Source: Podospora anserina
Lineage: Eukaryota
Direction of reading: 5' to 3'
Assembly (NCBI GenBank): GCA_017654855.1
Contig: CM030335.1
Span: forward strand, 2,418,001 to 2,482,000
Length of the DNA: 64,000 nt
A model generated the notes under the pieces. That model searched no databases and was not told where the DNA came from. It saw nothing but the letters and a program-made list of their open reading frames with translations. Position 1 is the first letter of the stretch. Each line of letters starts with the position of its first letter. Below, piece after piece: positions 11,801 to 23,815 of this stretch. The translations under genes and the position numbers were made by a program.

Positions 11801-13849
11801 AAACGACCGTGCTGTACATGGCTGCATCTTGACGGCTTGGTCACGTTCGTTCATCGTCGGACTCACCAGCTCACCCCCCCAAATGTGGAAAGCCGGGCTG
11901 CGGTCGTCCGGACTGCTTGTTGACACCCCCCTGGAACGATCTTGTTGTTCGGGCGGTAAGACTCGTGGCTAAGTGTTATGCGGCAGTAGTAGAGCGTGAT
12001 GTTGACCGTTCCTGACAGTAACACAGACCTGATCTTCAGCACATCGCCTCTTAGTTCTGGGGCTGTCGGGAGGCGGATCCTTGCGTAACTGTGCATGCAC
12101 ACTACACATCCGTTACACAGGACCGCGCAGCCCGACAGCCATTTCGCCTGGTGTGTTTCCCTATCGGGATGTATTGATCATCAAAAGAGACGCCTCGCTT
12201 CGGGATCCCTCTTCTTATAAGAGGGTGCGTGGTCCCCCAAGACGGCCGAGAACAATCTACTGCGTCCAGAGGATTTTCAAGGACAACACTCTCCGAGATT
12301 GATAAGCGGCGGCTGAACAGATTTACTGAGCTGGCACGCATTCGACAGAAGATAGCCGCGGAGATCCTGTCTGTCTCGAGTCATCGGGCGTTAAGTGGTT
12401 TCCGTACCTGCCGCTGTCAGAGGGAGCAGCACAAAGAGAAGTTGGGGCATGCTTGTGCCTGGGATCGATGCTGCCTGAAAGTATAGGGGACTCTCGGAAG
12501 GCATTGCCGTTGTCAAGAACTCGCCTCAGTCAGGACATCTTTCTCCGACAGCTGCAAGCCAGCTCGGCTTCCCACAGGAGGGGTGATCAGTCACTTCTAT
12601 CCCCAGAAGGCCTGCCTTTTCTCCGGCCCTTCTCCCGGCTGCCAAGGGTCAAGACAGCCTATAGCATCGGGCAGACATGGGCAACAGGGGGATGGTGGTT
12701 CGAGTTGGTGATACCGAACTCACCCCAGGCAGACACTGATTGGAATCGCAAGCACACCCTCTCTACTCCCGTCCACACGGCCTGCCGGTGTGATTGGGTA
12801 TCATGGCGAAGGGAGCACCTGCGGGCCAGCAAGAGCAGTCTGTTATCGGCTCAGCTGACTCTCAGAAGGGGGTCGAAACATCCGGCTGGGTCTTTGGGCA
12901 CCTACAGAATCTCCTCCCCACCGACCTCCCTGTCAACGCATGTGGCGGTTGTCCCTGCTCCCCGACGAGGCCGTTAGCCACCTATGGACACTCGAATATC
13001 GGCTATCCCGGACACCAGCTCAAGAGCATAATGTGTGGATTCCTCGACGGGCAGGTCAGCTTCTTGGGCCCATCCTCCTGGAAAGCGGATCAAAGAGCAT
13101 CGAAAGAGGCAGGTGAGCTCGTTGTACTGATGAGTCTCGGTAAAATGGTTCTTGTGGTAAATACATGATGAAATTTTCATCAACCATACAGTCATGACGA
13201 GAGCTTCATTAGCCAAACACGCCTCTCCGAACTCCCAACCATGGTCATATCGATGACACAGAGAAACATCCCCGGCATCTGGAGATCAGGGGGGGGGTGT
13301 GTGGGGAAGGAAACAAGGTCAATCCAGTCATAGTCATCCCCGATGAATGTGCAATCTCCTTTTCATGTTCTCGCCCCAGAGCCTATTGTGGCCCACACCT
13401 TCCAGCCTTCGTGCCCCGTACCCGGAAGCAACCCCATAGAGCGGACAATACTGCTGTCTTGGGAGCCTAGCAGCGGGGAGGTCTGCCGTCCTTGCCATCT
13501 CGCCACTCCTCTAGGACTTTTTCAAAAATACACAAGGACATCGATTGTGGCGTAGACAAGCAGCGGTCTGTGTCAGCCACTCACCACCCACACGACACAA
13601 ATCCCGTCCGCGAACGGCTCGATACCCCTTCCCGTTTTGGGATCATGTATGATATGATGGGCCTTGATGTCTAGATCAGACAGGAACCGTGTCTCTTTTT
13701 CCGTGGCGAGCATACGGGAGATGCCTTGAGACGCACGTCTTGGGAGGCGAATGTTTGCCGAAGGGGGTAGAGAGGGGCGAGAAGGTAAAAAAAAAGAAAT
13801 CATGAAATTGTAGGCGAGGTCAAGACAACTCAGCACCGCTGCCACAGCT

Positions 13850-13851
13850 GC

Positions 13852-13916
<65 letters not shown>

Positions 13917-13955
13917 CCACAACCACAGCCACGACTGCAGCAATAACAACAACAG
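13850..13955. repeat. (CAA)n microsatellite
   Basis: Over 20 perfect CAA units plus degenerate flank. Confidence 0.95.
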
Positions 13956-14320
13956 CAGTGACAGTAAGAGGACGAGCAAACCTGCCCATTCACATGCTGG
14001 CCAACACACGGAGCCCAGTTCTACAGACAAGTCCACACCAAGTCAGCATAAGGTTGGCAATAAACCGGTTTGAATTAATCCTAACAAAAAAAAAGGTTCC
14101 CTATCCTTACTCCAGTTCATGTACATGTCGTTTCGTGATGTGAGATGCGGATGTGTGTGTGGTGCTGTTCCTCCTCGTCTCTGTCCATCTCCTGGTCTTT
14201 CATGTCCAACCCCTAACCCTCCTCCTTGCTGTTCCAACACTAGGTCATCCCACCCTGACCCTTTCTTGATCTCACACCCCTAACCCTCGGTTTCATACAA
14301 CTTTTTGTACAAACGCCCCC

Positions 14321-17300
14321 TCAAGACAACCAAAAATCATCCGCCTTCACCACCCCCCCCACCCTGGGCGTCCCAATCTTTGGCGTCATCCCTCCACCTC
14401 CACCACCACCACCGTTACCAACATGCGCAACAGAAGTATTAATCCCCAACCCAACCCCTTGACTCCCACTACCACCATCCCCAACAACAGCCGGAACAAC
14501 CTGCGGCAACGGCCCAAAGTCAAACTTGGGCATCTCCAACCTCGGCGGCTGGACAGGCGGCTGCTGCTTCTTGGCCGGGCTCGCCCCCCTCGACTTGGCC
14601 TCCATCGGCGGACCAAACCTGACATCCCTCACATCCCACCCGTCCTCCACCGCCGCCTTGACCCACGTCCTCAGCCCATCGTGAACGCCCCCATAAAACT
14701 TTTCCTTGCACATCCTCATCGTGCCCCCCATCGCCTTCTCCCACCCGCTAACCCTCAGCTCTTCCCTCAGCTGATTCCTCTCCTCCCTCGTCGGCCCCGT
14801 ACACGCAATAATCGCGTTCAGCAGGTCCAAATGAGAAGCCAAATAATTCGTCGCGTCCCACTCCACACCCCCGACGTAGGGCGCCGCCGGAACGGGAGGT
14901 CGTTCCTGTGGGAAATGCCGCTCCATGTACCCCTCGTGAGTAAACACAATCTCAGGCGAGGTCTCATCCCGTGGAGGGGGCAAGGCCACAATGTTGAGGT
15001 TGTGCAGAAAGATCCAAAAGACTTCCTTGGTGACGTTGACCACCTCCTTGTTCCAGACCCGGTAAGGTCGCGGTTTCTGCATCTGGGCGATGAACTCGAT
15101 TGTCTGGCTTGTTTTTATCGGGTCAGGGTCGCGGAGAAAAGACAAGACGGTGCTGGCGCGGGTGATTTTCTCGCCGGGAGAGGGCGCGTGCTGGATGTAA
15201 GTGAACAGGATGGAAGTGATAATGTTCCTCGTGGTGAACTCGGACGGCCCCTTCTTTTCGGGGTCAAAGATGAGATGCAACAAAGAGGGGAAGAGGGTCG
15301 CGTGGATGGTGTGGAGGTATTTCAGCGCCAGCGAGGTGGTGCAGAGCGCCTTGAGGCAGAGGAGGACTTCGTGGAGGAGCGCGTCTTCGTGTTCCTCTCT
15401 TGCGAGTCAAAAAAGTGTTAGTAACACGACCGAGAGGGGCGGGAAATAAGGGGAAAACAAACCTCCACTCCAACGCCATGATCCTCTTCAGCAAATCCAC
15501 AATCTCCTCCATCCCGCACTGCCTGATAAACTCCTCGATCCACGCCACCGTCTCATTCCTCAACAACAACCTCAACTTGTGCAGCTTCCCCACCTCCACC
15601 AGCTCCGGCTTCTGAACCTTGCGCAAATAACTCACAAAGTCCCCCGGCAGCTGCTGGCCCTTCACCTTGGCTATGAAGCCAGTATACAGCCCCCCGCCCG
15701 TCAGCTGCTGCCCATCCCCCCCTCCCCCCTGCTGTCCCTCCCCCCCACTCTCCCCACCCCCAACCAAACTCTCACTGCTGCTCTTCCCCCTAAAATGCCT
15801 CCCGAGACTACTATCCCCCTTCTTCTTCGTCGGGCTCTTCTCCCCACCACCACCACCACCACCACCACTCCCATCCCCTTTCCCACCTCCCCCCCTCCCA
15901 AGCGTCAAAGACAACCCCCTCCCGTGCTTTTTCTTCTTTGTCGACTTATCCCCGGCCGCTGCCTCATCCAGTTCCCTCTCCGTCGGCCGTCCCCTCGCTC
16001 CAACATCCATCGACCCCCGCGCGAGATTCACACTCTGCCTCCCCTCCATCCCCACCTCCTCATTCTTCTTGGCCACCATCTCGGCCCAATCCTGACGAAT
16101 AAACTCCATCTTCACCGTGTCGGACAAATTCCTCATCTTGTACCGCTGATTCTCAGGGATGTTCCTCCTGTCAAGCATAGCCTCCAGATGCCTGTCAATA
16201 TCCTGCGGCTCAATAGCCGGTAAGTCGGCAGTATTGCTCCCCGCTCGTCCCCTGGGTCTCCCGCCGCTCCCGCCGTTGGGAACCCGCGTGGTGCTCTTGC
16301 TCCTGTTTGAACTCCCCGACCCTCCACCAAAATGGTTATTCAAACCAGCCGGCGGCCTCTCCCCCACCACCACCCCCCCAGAATCCTTGTTCTTATCCCC
16401 CCCCCGTCCCCAAGTCAACCTCTTGAAACTGATCCCCACCCCTTTCTCCCTCTCCCTCTCCCTCCCCCGCTCTTCCTCCCCCCGTTCCCTACTCTTATCC
16501 CTCAGCCCACTCCCCGTAACATAACTCGTGAAGCTCTTCGGCCGAGGCCTAACCCCCATCCCCCCCGGCCTCGTCGTGATCGGCGGTCTCGAGACCCCAT
16601 CCCCCCCCCTTTCCCCTTTCCCTCCTCCTTTATCCCCACCACCTGGAATCACAGAATGAGTCCCCGAGCTGCTGTTCCTGATAGGCAACTCCACCGGCGG
16701 ACTGGTGCTCAACCCCCCGCTCGCAAACTGGGCGTAGATCGGGGGCGGACTCTCCACTCCCCCCGGTGAGCGGTTCTCCTTGTCCTTCCCCTGCCCGCTC
16801 TCATCCTCCCCGTTCTTGAGGTTCTTATAACTCTTCGGCCGGAGGAGCAACCCCCCAAGATTGGTGGCCGATTTCGCCTTTTTCGGCTTCACCGGCGAGG
16901 ATGATGATTTGGGCGGTTTGGAAGTCCCCAGCGCCTTGAGGGTAGAAAAAGAAGAGAGTTTTGTCGGGGAGGATGGCGGGGGGTTGTTGGAGGTGTATTG
17001 CGGGTCGAACCGCCCTCTCGGAACGGGGGGTGGACGTTCAGCAGCGGGGGAGCGTGTGTTATCCTGACGGTTCTGAACCAATTCCTCCAGGGCGTACCCG
17101 TGCCGGGTTATGGGGGGGTAGCGGCTTGTGCTGATTGGGTTTGTCGGGGGCATGACCGGGGAGGTGGGCGGTTCCCAGCCTACGTGGTACACTCCGGCGC
17201 GGTTGATGGCGGCGAGGTTTTGCTCCGAGGCGTAAAAGCCTGGGTTGGTGGCTATGTTTGGTGGGGGGAGGGTGGTTGTGCCGTCGGAGTTGTTGCGCTT

Positions 17301-17504
17301 GTGATGGTGGTGGCTGTGGACGGGGGGGGTAGGGGTGCTGTGGCTGTTGCTGTTGCCGTTGATGAAGGAGCGGAAGACGGAGGATTTGTTGCGCTGGTGA
17401 TGGTGATGGTGTTGGGAGGAAGGGTAAGCAGCAGCATCATATGCCTCTCCCCTGCTGCTGCTGTTGTTGTTGTTGTTGTTGTTGTCCAGCGGCGGGGGCA
17501 CCAT
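14321..17504 (-). CDS. Formin GTPase-binding-domain (Drf_GBD)-like protein without FH2, ~1039 aa; exons 17504-15463, 15398-14321
   Basis: LEAMLDRRNIPE..R.KMRNL...K.EFI; LHKLRLLLRNETVAWIEEFI; EWREEHED across the intron; PYVGGVEWDATNYLASHL. Long low-complexity N-terminus. Confidence 0.82.
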
Positions 17505-18269
17505 GGTATGGAGATACCCAATTGTCTCTCTCAATCAACTCAAGGTCGTTCCTCGGAATGCTGTATCCTTCTCCCTGAAAGCCCGCGTTTCGTTGAGATG
17601 GAAAAGAAATGCTTGGTAGGTAGTGAAATACCGACTCGACTTGAACTGGGCTTGACTTGAAAACACACCCGGTTTAGGTCGCTCGCGATGCAAAAATGCC
17701 AATTTCTCTCTCCGGCGACGACGACAACTAGAAAAAATGCCCACAAAAAGAAAAGACAAAAAACACTCTCGTCGTGTCGTGTAGTGTGTCGGTGCTGGTC
17801 GTGGTCGTAAAGTTATGCCATGCTTTGCGCTTCTGCTGCTGCTGCTGCTGCTGCTGCGTGTTGCTTCGGGTGACGTCGAACGCGCGCGTGGAGAGTGAGT
17901 GGGTGAAGTGGGTGTGGACAAAGTAGGGATGTTTCCTGCGCTCAGGTTGGCTGGAAGTTTCCCAGTTCTGGCTTCTGGTAGGCCCAATGAGGGTGGTTGT
18001 GTGCTTGTTTACCGGGGGTCGCCCCGTTGCCAGGGTGATTGCGCCTCGAAATCAAGGCCCGAAACACCGGAACCGCTTGGACGTGCCGAGGCCGTTTGAT
18101 AAGATAGATACAGAGTACATGCCCCGCGATTTGACCCCACCATGGTTTTGTTCCCTTGTACCCTTTGGCCACAAAGCAAATCAACAACAAAACTTGGATT
18201 TAGCAGACTGGGCCCACCGCTCTAGACAAGCACCAAAAGTAAACAAACACCATCCATCTACAAGCTCTA

Positions 18270-19392
18270 CTACCAACTCATCAACCCTCTTCCTCTATCG
18301 AACCCTCCTCGCAACTGGCTTAGTGGTTTCACCACCTTGCCCTGCAAAACCGTAAATTTGACGATGCCTTCGCAGTCTTCTGGCTTCACTCTCGCCAGCC
18401 AGATGCATTGCGCTGCACCCAAGTCGTCCTCGCCCTCCTGTGGCTTGATTGGCACCACGCGCTGCCTCTCCTCCTCAGTCAGCTTGCCCAGCTCCACCTC
18501 GTCCAAACCGAATGCGTCTGGTCTCCGATAAATCATCACATTGGCGCTGTACTTGTGTCCTCCGACGTGACTGATAAAGTAGATGCCCACGCCCCCTGGT
18601 CGTTCATCGTCTAAATCGCGGTAGAGACCTAGTGGTGCTAGGTGCCTCTGGAATTCTTTTCGGAGAAGAGGCGCGCTCTGGCCGCAGCGTGCATCGCGGG
18701 TCTTTTGAGAGCAGAGCAGGATAAGAGCGCGATGTGGTGACGGCCGTGTTGTGATGTCCTTCAGCATGGCAGGCGTTGGTTCTGGAAGATGGGCTGTCAT
18801 GGATGGGGGGATGGAAATTGGCTCGAGTGGCGAGGTGTTGGTAGGTGAATCGTTGATTATGGACACCAATGTAGGCACAGTAGCAGGTGTGACGTTTTCG
18901 ACGACGGCGAAGGCAGGCAGTACGAGGACGGTCGTCGGTTCAGAATACGAGGTGGTCCGATGCGGTGTGGGAATGTTGGAGGCAGAGACCATGAGGCGCT
19001 GGAAGATGGTCACATGCGTGTCAGTAAGTTTGTCCATCAACTGACGGAAGTCATCGGGAACGTACACCATTGCTGGGAGCTTTGGCATGCGAGATGGCCT
19101 GCATGATGCTCCCCTTTTCATCCGCAACATCGCGCACCCAGTCTGATTTGCCCGTCGCAACCAGAACATGCGTGCTCCATCCTTTCACAAAGCCGTAGAG
19201 CGCATCGGTTTCGTCAATCTTGAATGATTTTGGGTACTGGACAACGCAATTGCTGCAGTCGCGGTCGCAATCCTCGCCGTCGATCTCCTTGTCCACGACG
19301 GGAAAAAGGTCCGGGAGCTCGGCCTTGCTGCCCGAGTTGCCTATGTAGAGGGCCTTGGCGCTGTTGATGAGTGATTTGATGCCGCTCGCCAT
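18270..19392 (-). CDS. APD1: Sucrase/ferredoxin-like (Apd1/Aim32 family) 2Fe-2S protein, 351 aa; intron 19065-18999
   Basis: CSQKTRDARCG and SHVGGHKY (Cys2His2 ligand motif); HVLVATGKSDW; N-terminal C..DC..C. Confidence 0.85.
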
Positions 19393-20916
19393 CGTGTCTG
19401 TTGACCGTTGCGAAGCTGTTGGAATAACGAACAAGGAAGCTTGTCAAACATGAGTTAAGGGTGACAGGCGCCAAGGGTGTGAGCTCCCGGCGGTGGCGGC
19501 GGGTCGGACTTTCGGAGGTAAGGGTGCCCGGTATGCGGCTGGCCTTCAGCTGGTCCCGGTGGCCAGCCTTTTGGCGGGGGCGGGGTTATGTGTTTTCCTT
19601 GGGTTGGTGTTGAAAACAGTTTGATGTCTAGGAATTCGAGTCGGATGTTGAAGTGTAAAGTTGATTATCGGGAACTCCGGGGTCGGTCTTGAGATTTGCG
19701 GTCAGTAAGGTGCTGACAGAAATCTACAAGCGGTACAAGACGTCACCGCCGGGCGAGACATCGGAATAGTCCTTGTGGTTACGGGATGCCCGGCACCGAA
19801 TCGGTCTCTTTCTTCCTTCGTCAGCCCCTTGAGCGACATTGCACAAGTGTAGTCGTAGGGTTAGGGTCAACAACAAGCTATCCATCACCAGCGCTTGAGA
19901 TCCCAAGTTTGGTAAAATGCATGCATGCACTCCGCGTTTCAGCAAATGGCCGGCATTGGCTCCAACCATTGTTTTCCATCAAGAGGTTTCTCTTTCCCCG
20001 CATTTTGAGCCCTGCAGTGTTAAAGCGAATAGAACCCTGAGATCCGAAGAAGAACTGAAGGCTTCCAGAAGACATTCCTCTTCAAAAATCTTACGACATA
20101 TTCCGATGGGTTCCCCAGCCTTCGTCCCCTTTTTCAGAAAGTGTCTCGTGGACGGCAGAAAACATCGGCGGTGCCATTTTCCTCGACTCAGATCCCTAGC
20201 TTCTCGCGAGACCATATATGGATGGCTCTAACGTTTCCTGCCACCATCCATCTACGCATCCCCCCCGCCCCCCTCCACTGCGGGTTGAAGGTCGCGTCCC
20301 GCCCTATAAGGCTCAGAAAGGAAACTTTATTAAGATCTCGGCCGACAGTCTGCAGCGGTCAAGTGGACGCCCTTGTGCAGAGCACACCCCTCCCGCTGAC
20401 GGATGATGGAGTCCCGCCACCATCAACAGACTCGAGACAGGCTGTTCTTGGACTCACCAACCCTGGACTTTGTGTGCAGGCTACTCTTCTACCATGATCG
20501 CTCCCCCAGCGGCAGGGCCACCTGCCCATGATGCGGGTCTTGGCTTTTTCTCAGACGCTCTGGGGGTCCAACAGGAATAATTCCACGATTCAATCTCATG
20601 ATGATTTGCAGGGACTATGCCTGCGTCCTGTTTTGGTGTTGGCTGCTCGTCCAGTGTTCCAAGAATCCAGATCGGGCCCCAAGTCCCGAGTAGACCACTT
20701 GATGGGTGGGTCGGTGGGCTGGACCCCGGGCTGGTGCGGACGTCATATGCGAATCCCACCACACTCCCGTCCAAGTTTATAAGTCATAGATGAGCCTTCA
20801 TCTTGACCCGTCATTCTGGAAGTTCTACCCGTGTCTCTCACACACTTACCTTGATATCAACCCGCATTGTTCACGTTTTCTACTGCCTAAAACTGGAAAT
20901 TCCTTTTGATCAGGCA

Positions 20917-22143
20917 ATGGAGCAACTCAAGGGCGGTTTGTTGGTCGCCTCACCCGCCGGAGGACATACCGGGCCGAAACTCAGAAAGAAGCTCAGAAAG
21001 ACCGTGTCAAAACAACGAAGCACCGTTTCCTGGCGGCTCGGCTTCTCGAGCTCAGCATCCACCAAGAATGATCAATCCGAAACCGCAGACAAGCCGCCTG
21101 TCTTGTCGTTACCATCTCCCGACCTGAGCGATCCAAAATGGTCAGAGTTCTTCAAGAATGGGGGATGCTTTTATCCACAGGATGAATCCGTGAAACCCGC
21201 GCAGACATCGCAGACTTCGGTGTCTTTGGAGTCTTCGAAGCCCTCACAGTCCCCGGAGGCTTCAAAACCCTCGCTCTCAGAGCCCTCGAAGGCCTTGCAG
21301 CCAGCAGAATCACGAGATACCCTACACGAAGGCCAGATTGTTCCCGAACTTTCGCACCTCGTCATCAGCGACAGTGACGCCCAGAAGCGAATGTCAATGT
21401 GCTCCAACTCGGAAGCCCCAGCAAGTCCCAGGACGGCCATGAGACGGCGAGCCAAGACACCCATATTCTCAATAGGACAGCTGGAGGGCATTCCCAGACC
21501 AAGCAACGCGCTGGCCAGGGCATCGACCGTTGAACTCATCGCAGAACAATACCGGGCCCTTTTGGAATCAGACAACACAGCTCGTGAGGCGTCACATTCC
21601 GAATCCCATTCAGAACCGCCTCCATCTCGCCAAGAAAGGCGGTTATCCATCCGACGCCGACAAAGTTCAGATCATTTGCGGGATGAATCGAGAGCCCCCC
21701 GCCCGGTGGATGCGGCTTCTGGCTCACCGATATCAGACGATGGGACGCTGGTGAGCTTCGAGGAGGAGACGGTGTACTTTAAGCCTGTGTCCTTCTCCCC
21801 GGAACCATCACCCCGACCACCGCCCGGCAGCATCGCAAATGCGCCGGCGCCTGATAATCTCAGTCTGCAGATATGTCTGGATTTGCTTACGAGGGATCTG
21901 GCTTCTGCGCTGGCTAGTCGGCCTAGCAGGACGAATTCGGAGACGTCGGCGCTGCAGGTTTGGGTTATGATTGAGGCTTATGAACGGCTGAGGGATCAGT
22001 TTGGGAGTGCTGGGCTGGGGTGCGAGGAGTATGGTGCGTTGGAGGGCATGTTGAACTTTTGGTTGAGGGCGTTGTATTCGATACATGATAATTTGACGGG
22101 GGGTGATCGATATAGTGAGAGCGATTATGGGGAGGAGCCTTGA
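20917..22143 (+). CDS. Hypothetical protein (~408 aa), disordered N-terminus with helical C-terminal domain
   Basis: Long ORF; RRRAKTP, SDDGTLVSFEE, LQICLDLL...LQVWVMIEAYERLR...WLRALY look like conserved blocks. Confidence 0.75.
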   Translation: MEQLKGGLLVASPAGGHTGPKLRKKLRKTVSKQRSTVSWRLGFSSSASTKNDQSETADKPPVLSLPSPDLSDPKWSEFFKNGGCFYPQDESVKPAQTSQTSVSLESSKPSQSPEASKPSLSEPSKALQPAESRDTLHEGQIVPELSHLVISDSDAQKRMSMCSNSEAPASPRTAMRRRAKTPIFSIGQLEGIPRPSNALARASTVELIAEQYRALLESDNTAREASHSESHSEPPPSRQERRLSIRRRQSSDHLRDESRAPRPVDAASGSPISDDGTLVSFEEETVYFKPVSFSPEPSPRPPPGSIANAPAPDNLSLQICLDLLTRDLASALASRPSRTNSETSALQVWVMIEAYERLRDQFGSAGLGCEEYGALEGMLNFWLRALYSIHDNLTGGDRYSESDYGEEP

Positions 22144-22501
22144 GACGGAGGACCTGGATTAGAACTGGAAAGTGATGCCCTGGGAATGGTTGGATATCGA
22201 GGCGTTTTGGGCATGTTTTTATCACATCACAAGCACAAATATTCTGCTAGGATATCAACTGCCCTTCAATATCTCGAGAGTGACACTGGTGATGATTCTC
22301 ATGGCCCCCGCACCTTCAACCCCCCGCTTTTAGCGACTGCTGTGACGTCGTCTCCACTCTCGCTCGGCCAACTGCCGAAGCCCCGATCCTTGGCACGTGT
22401 CAGCGCGGCTTTCCAAGCCCCACCTGGCGCGTCACTGAACGAACGAAGCCATCGTCCATCGCCAGACAGAGAGAACACCACCAACCACCACCACCACAAA
22501 A

Positions 22502-23815
22502 ATGGACGACGATTTTGGCGCCGACGCCGAGTTTTTGGATGCCCTGGCTTCCTCAACCGATGCCATCACTTCTTTGAATAGCAACAAAACCAACAAACAA
22601 CCACTACCACCACCACCACTACCACCGCCACCGCAACAACAGCGACCCCCGGGCCCGCCCGCCTTTCTCCCACCCAAAATCCAACAACCCACCCCCCAGC
22701 GAGTAGAAAAACCACCACCACCGCAACGGCACGCCTCCACCGCGTCAGGTCCCCCAAAAATAGTCCAACCAACCCCCCAACCCCTCCCCTCCCGAGCCAG
22801 CGGCTCGGGGTCTTCAATCCTCGTATCCCCGCGGCAAAAAGGAAACCCAGTGCTAGCCTGCATAAAGTCCATACCGTGGGAGTACTCAGACATACCAGCC
22901 GACTATGCCCTCGGGGCGACCACCTGCGCCCTTTTCCTGAGCCTTAAATACCACCGCCTCCACCCAGAATACATCTACACCCGCATCCGCCTCCTCCAAC
23001 AAAGGTTCCTCCTCCGGATCTTGTTGGTGCTTGTCGACATTCCCAACCACGAGGACTCCCTCCGCGAGCTCTCCAAGACTTCCCTTGTGAATAACGTCAC
23101 TGTTATTTTATGTTGGTCGGCGGCCGAGGCGGGGCGGTATCTCGAGCTGTATAAAAGCTATGAGCATGCGAGCGCGGCGGGGATAAAGGGGCAGCAGGCG
23201 ACGGGGTATGCGGAGAAGTTGGTTGAGTTTGTGACTGTGCCGAGGGTGGTGAACAAGGCGGATGCGGTGGCGCTGGTGGGGACGTTTGGGAGTTTGAGGG
23301 GGGCGGTTAATGCTGATGGGGAGACGCTGGGGACTGTGGGGGGGTGGGGGGAGAGGAAGGTTAAGGCTTGGAGGAGGGCGGTGGAGGCTCCGTTCCGGGG
23401 GAGGAAGAGGGAGGGGGGAAAGGGGGTGTTGAGGGGGGCGGTTTCTATCGGGGGGGTGCCGAGTGGTGGTGGTGCTGGAAGGGGGACGCAAGTGGTGAGG
23501 GGGGCTCGGGGGGGAGGGGTGAGGAAGACGAGTGGGGGGGCGGTGAGGAGGGTGGGGAAGAGCTTGGAGGTGGTGGGGGAGGTGAGGTTTGGGAGTGATG
23601 ATGATGAGGATGAGGATGAGGATGAGGATGAGGAGGGGGAGGAGGCTATGAGGGGTGTTGAGGGGGGGGAGCGGGGGCAGCAAGGGGTGAGTCAGGCTGC
23701 GGTGAGTTCGAGTTCTGCTCCGGCTCCGGCTCCGGCTCCCGCTGAGAAGAGGAAGGAGCCTGAGCTCAGTGAGGGGATTGCTGCTGCGTTGGCAAAGCTC
23801 AGGAACAATGGTTAG
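22502..23815 (+). CDS. RAD10: ERCC1/Rad10/Swi10 nuclease subunit, 437 aa
   Basis: ILVSPRQKGNP.L, ADY.LG.TTCALFLSLKYHRLHPEYIY.RI, WS..EAGRYLE.YK, followed by an HhH-like region. Confidence 0.95.
   Translation: MDDDFGADAEFLDALASSTDAITSLNSNKTNKQPLPPPPLPPPPQQQRPPGPPAFLPPKIQQPTPQRVEKPPPPQRHASTASGPPKIVQPTPQPLPSRASGSGSSILVSPRQKGNPVLACIKSIPWEYSDIPADYALGATTCALFLSLKYHRLHPEYIYTRIRLLQQRFLLRILLVLVDIPNHEDSLRELSKTSLVNNVTVILCWSAAEAGRYLELYKSYEHASAAGIKGQQATGYAEKLVEFVTVPRVVNKADAVALVGTFGSLRGAVNADGETLGTVGGWGERKVKAWRRAVEAPFRGRKREGGKGVLRGAVSIGGVPSGGGAGRGTQVVRGARGGGVRKTSGGAVRRVGKSLEVVGEVRFGSDDDEDEDEDEDEEGEEAMRGVEGGERGQQGVSQAAVSSSSAPAPAPAPAEKRKEPELSEGIAAALAKLRNNG

Noticed and set aside
19855..19870. AGGGTTAGGGT as a telomerase RNA template or interstitial telomere
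   Set aside because: Under two repeats, and only ~460 nt separate it from the APD1 start on that strand, too little for a filamentous-fungal TER. No template was found in the 9-14 kb gap either.
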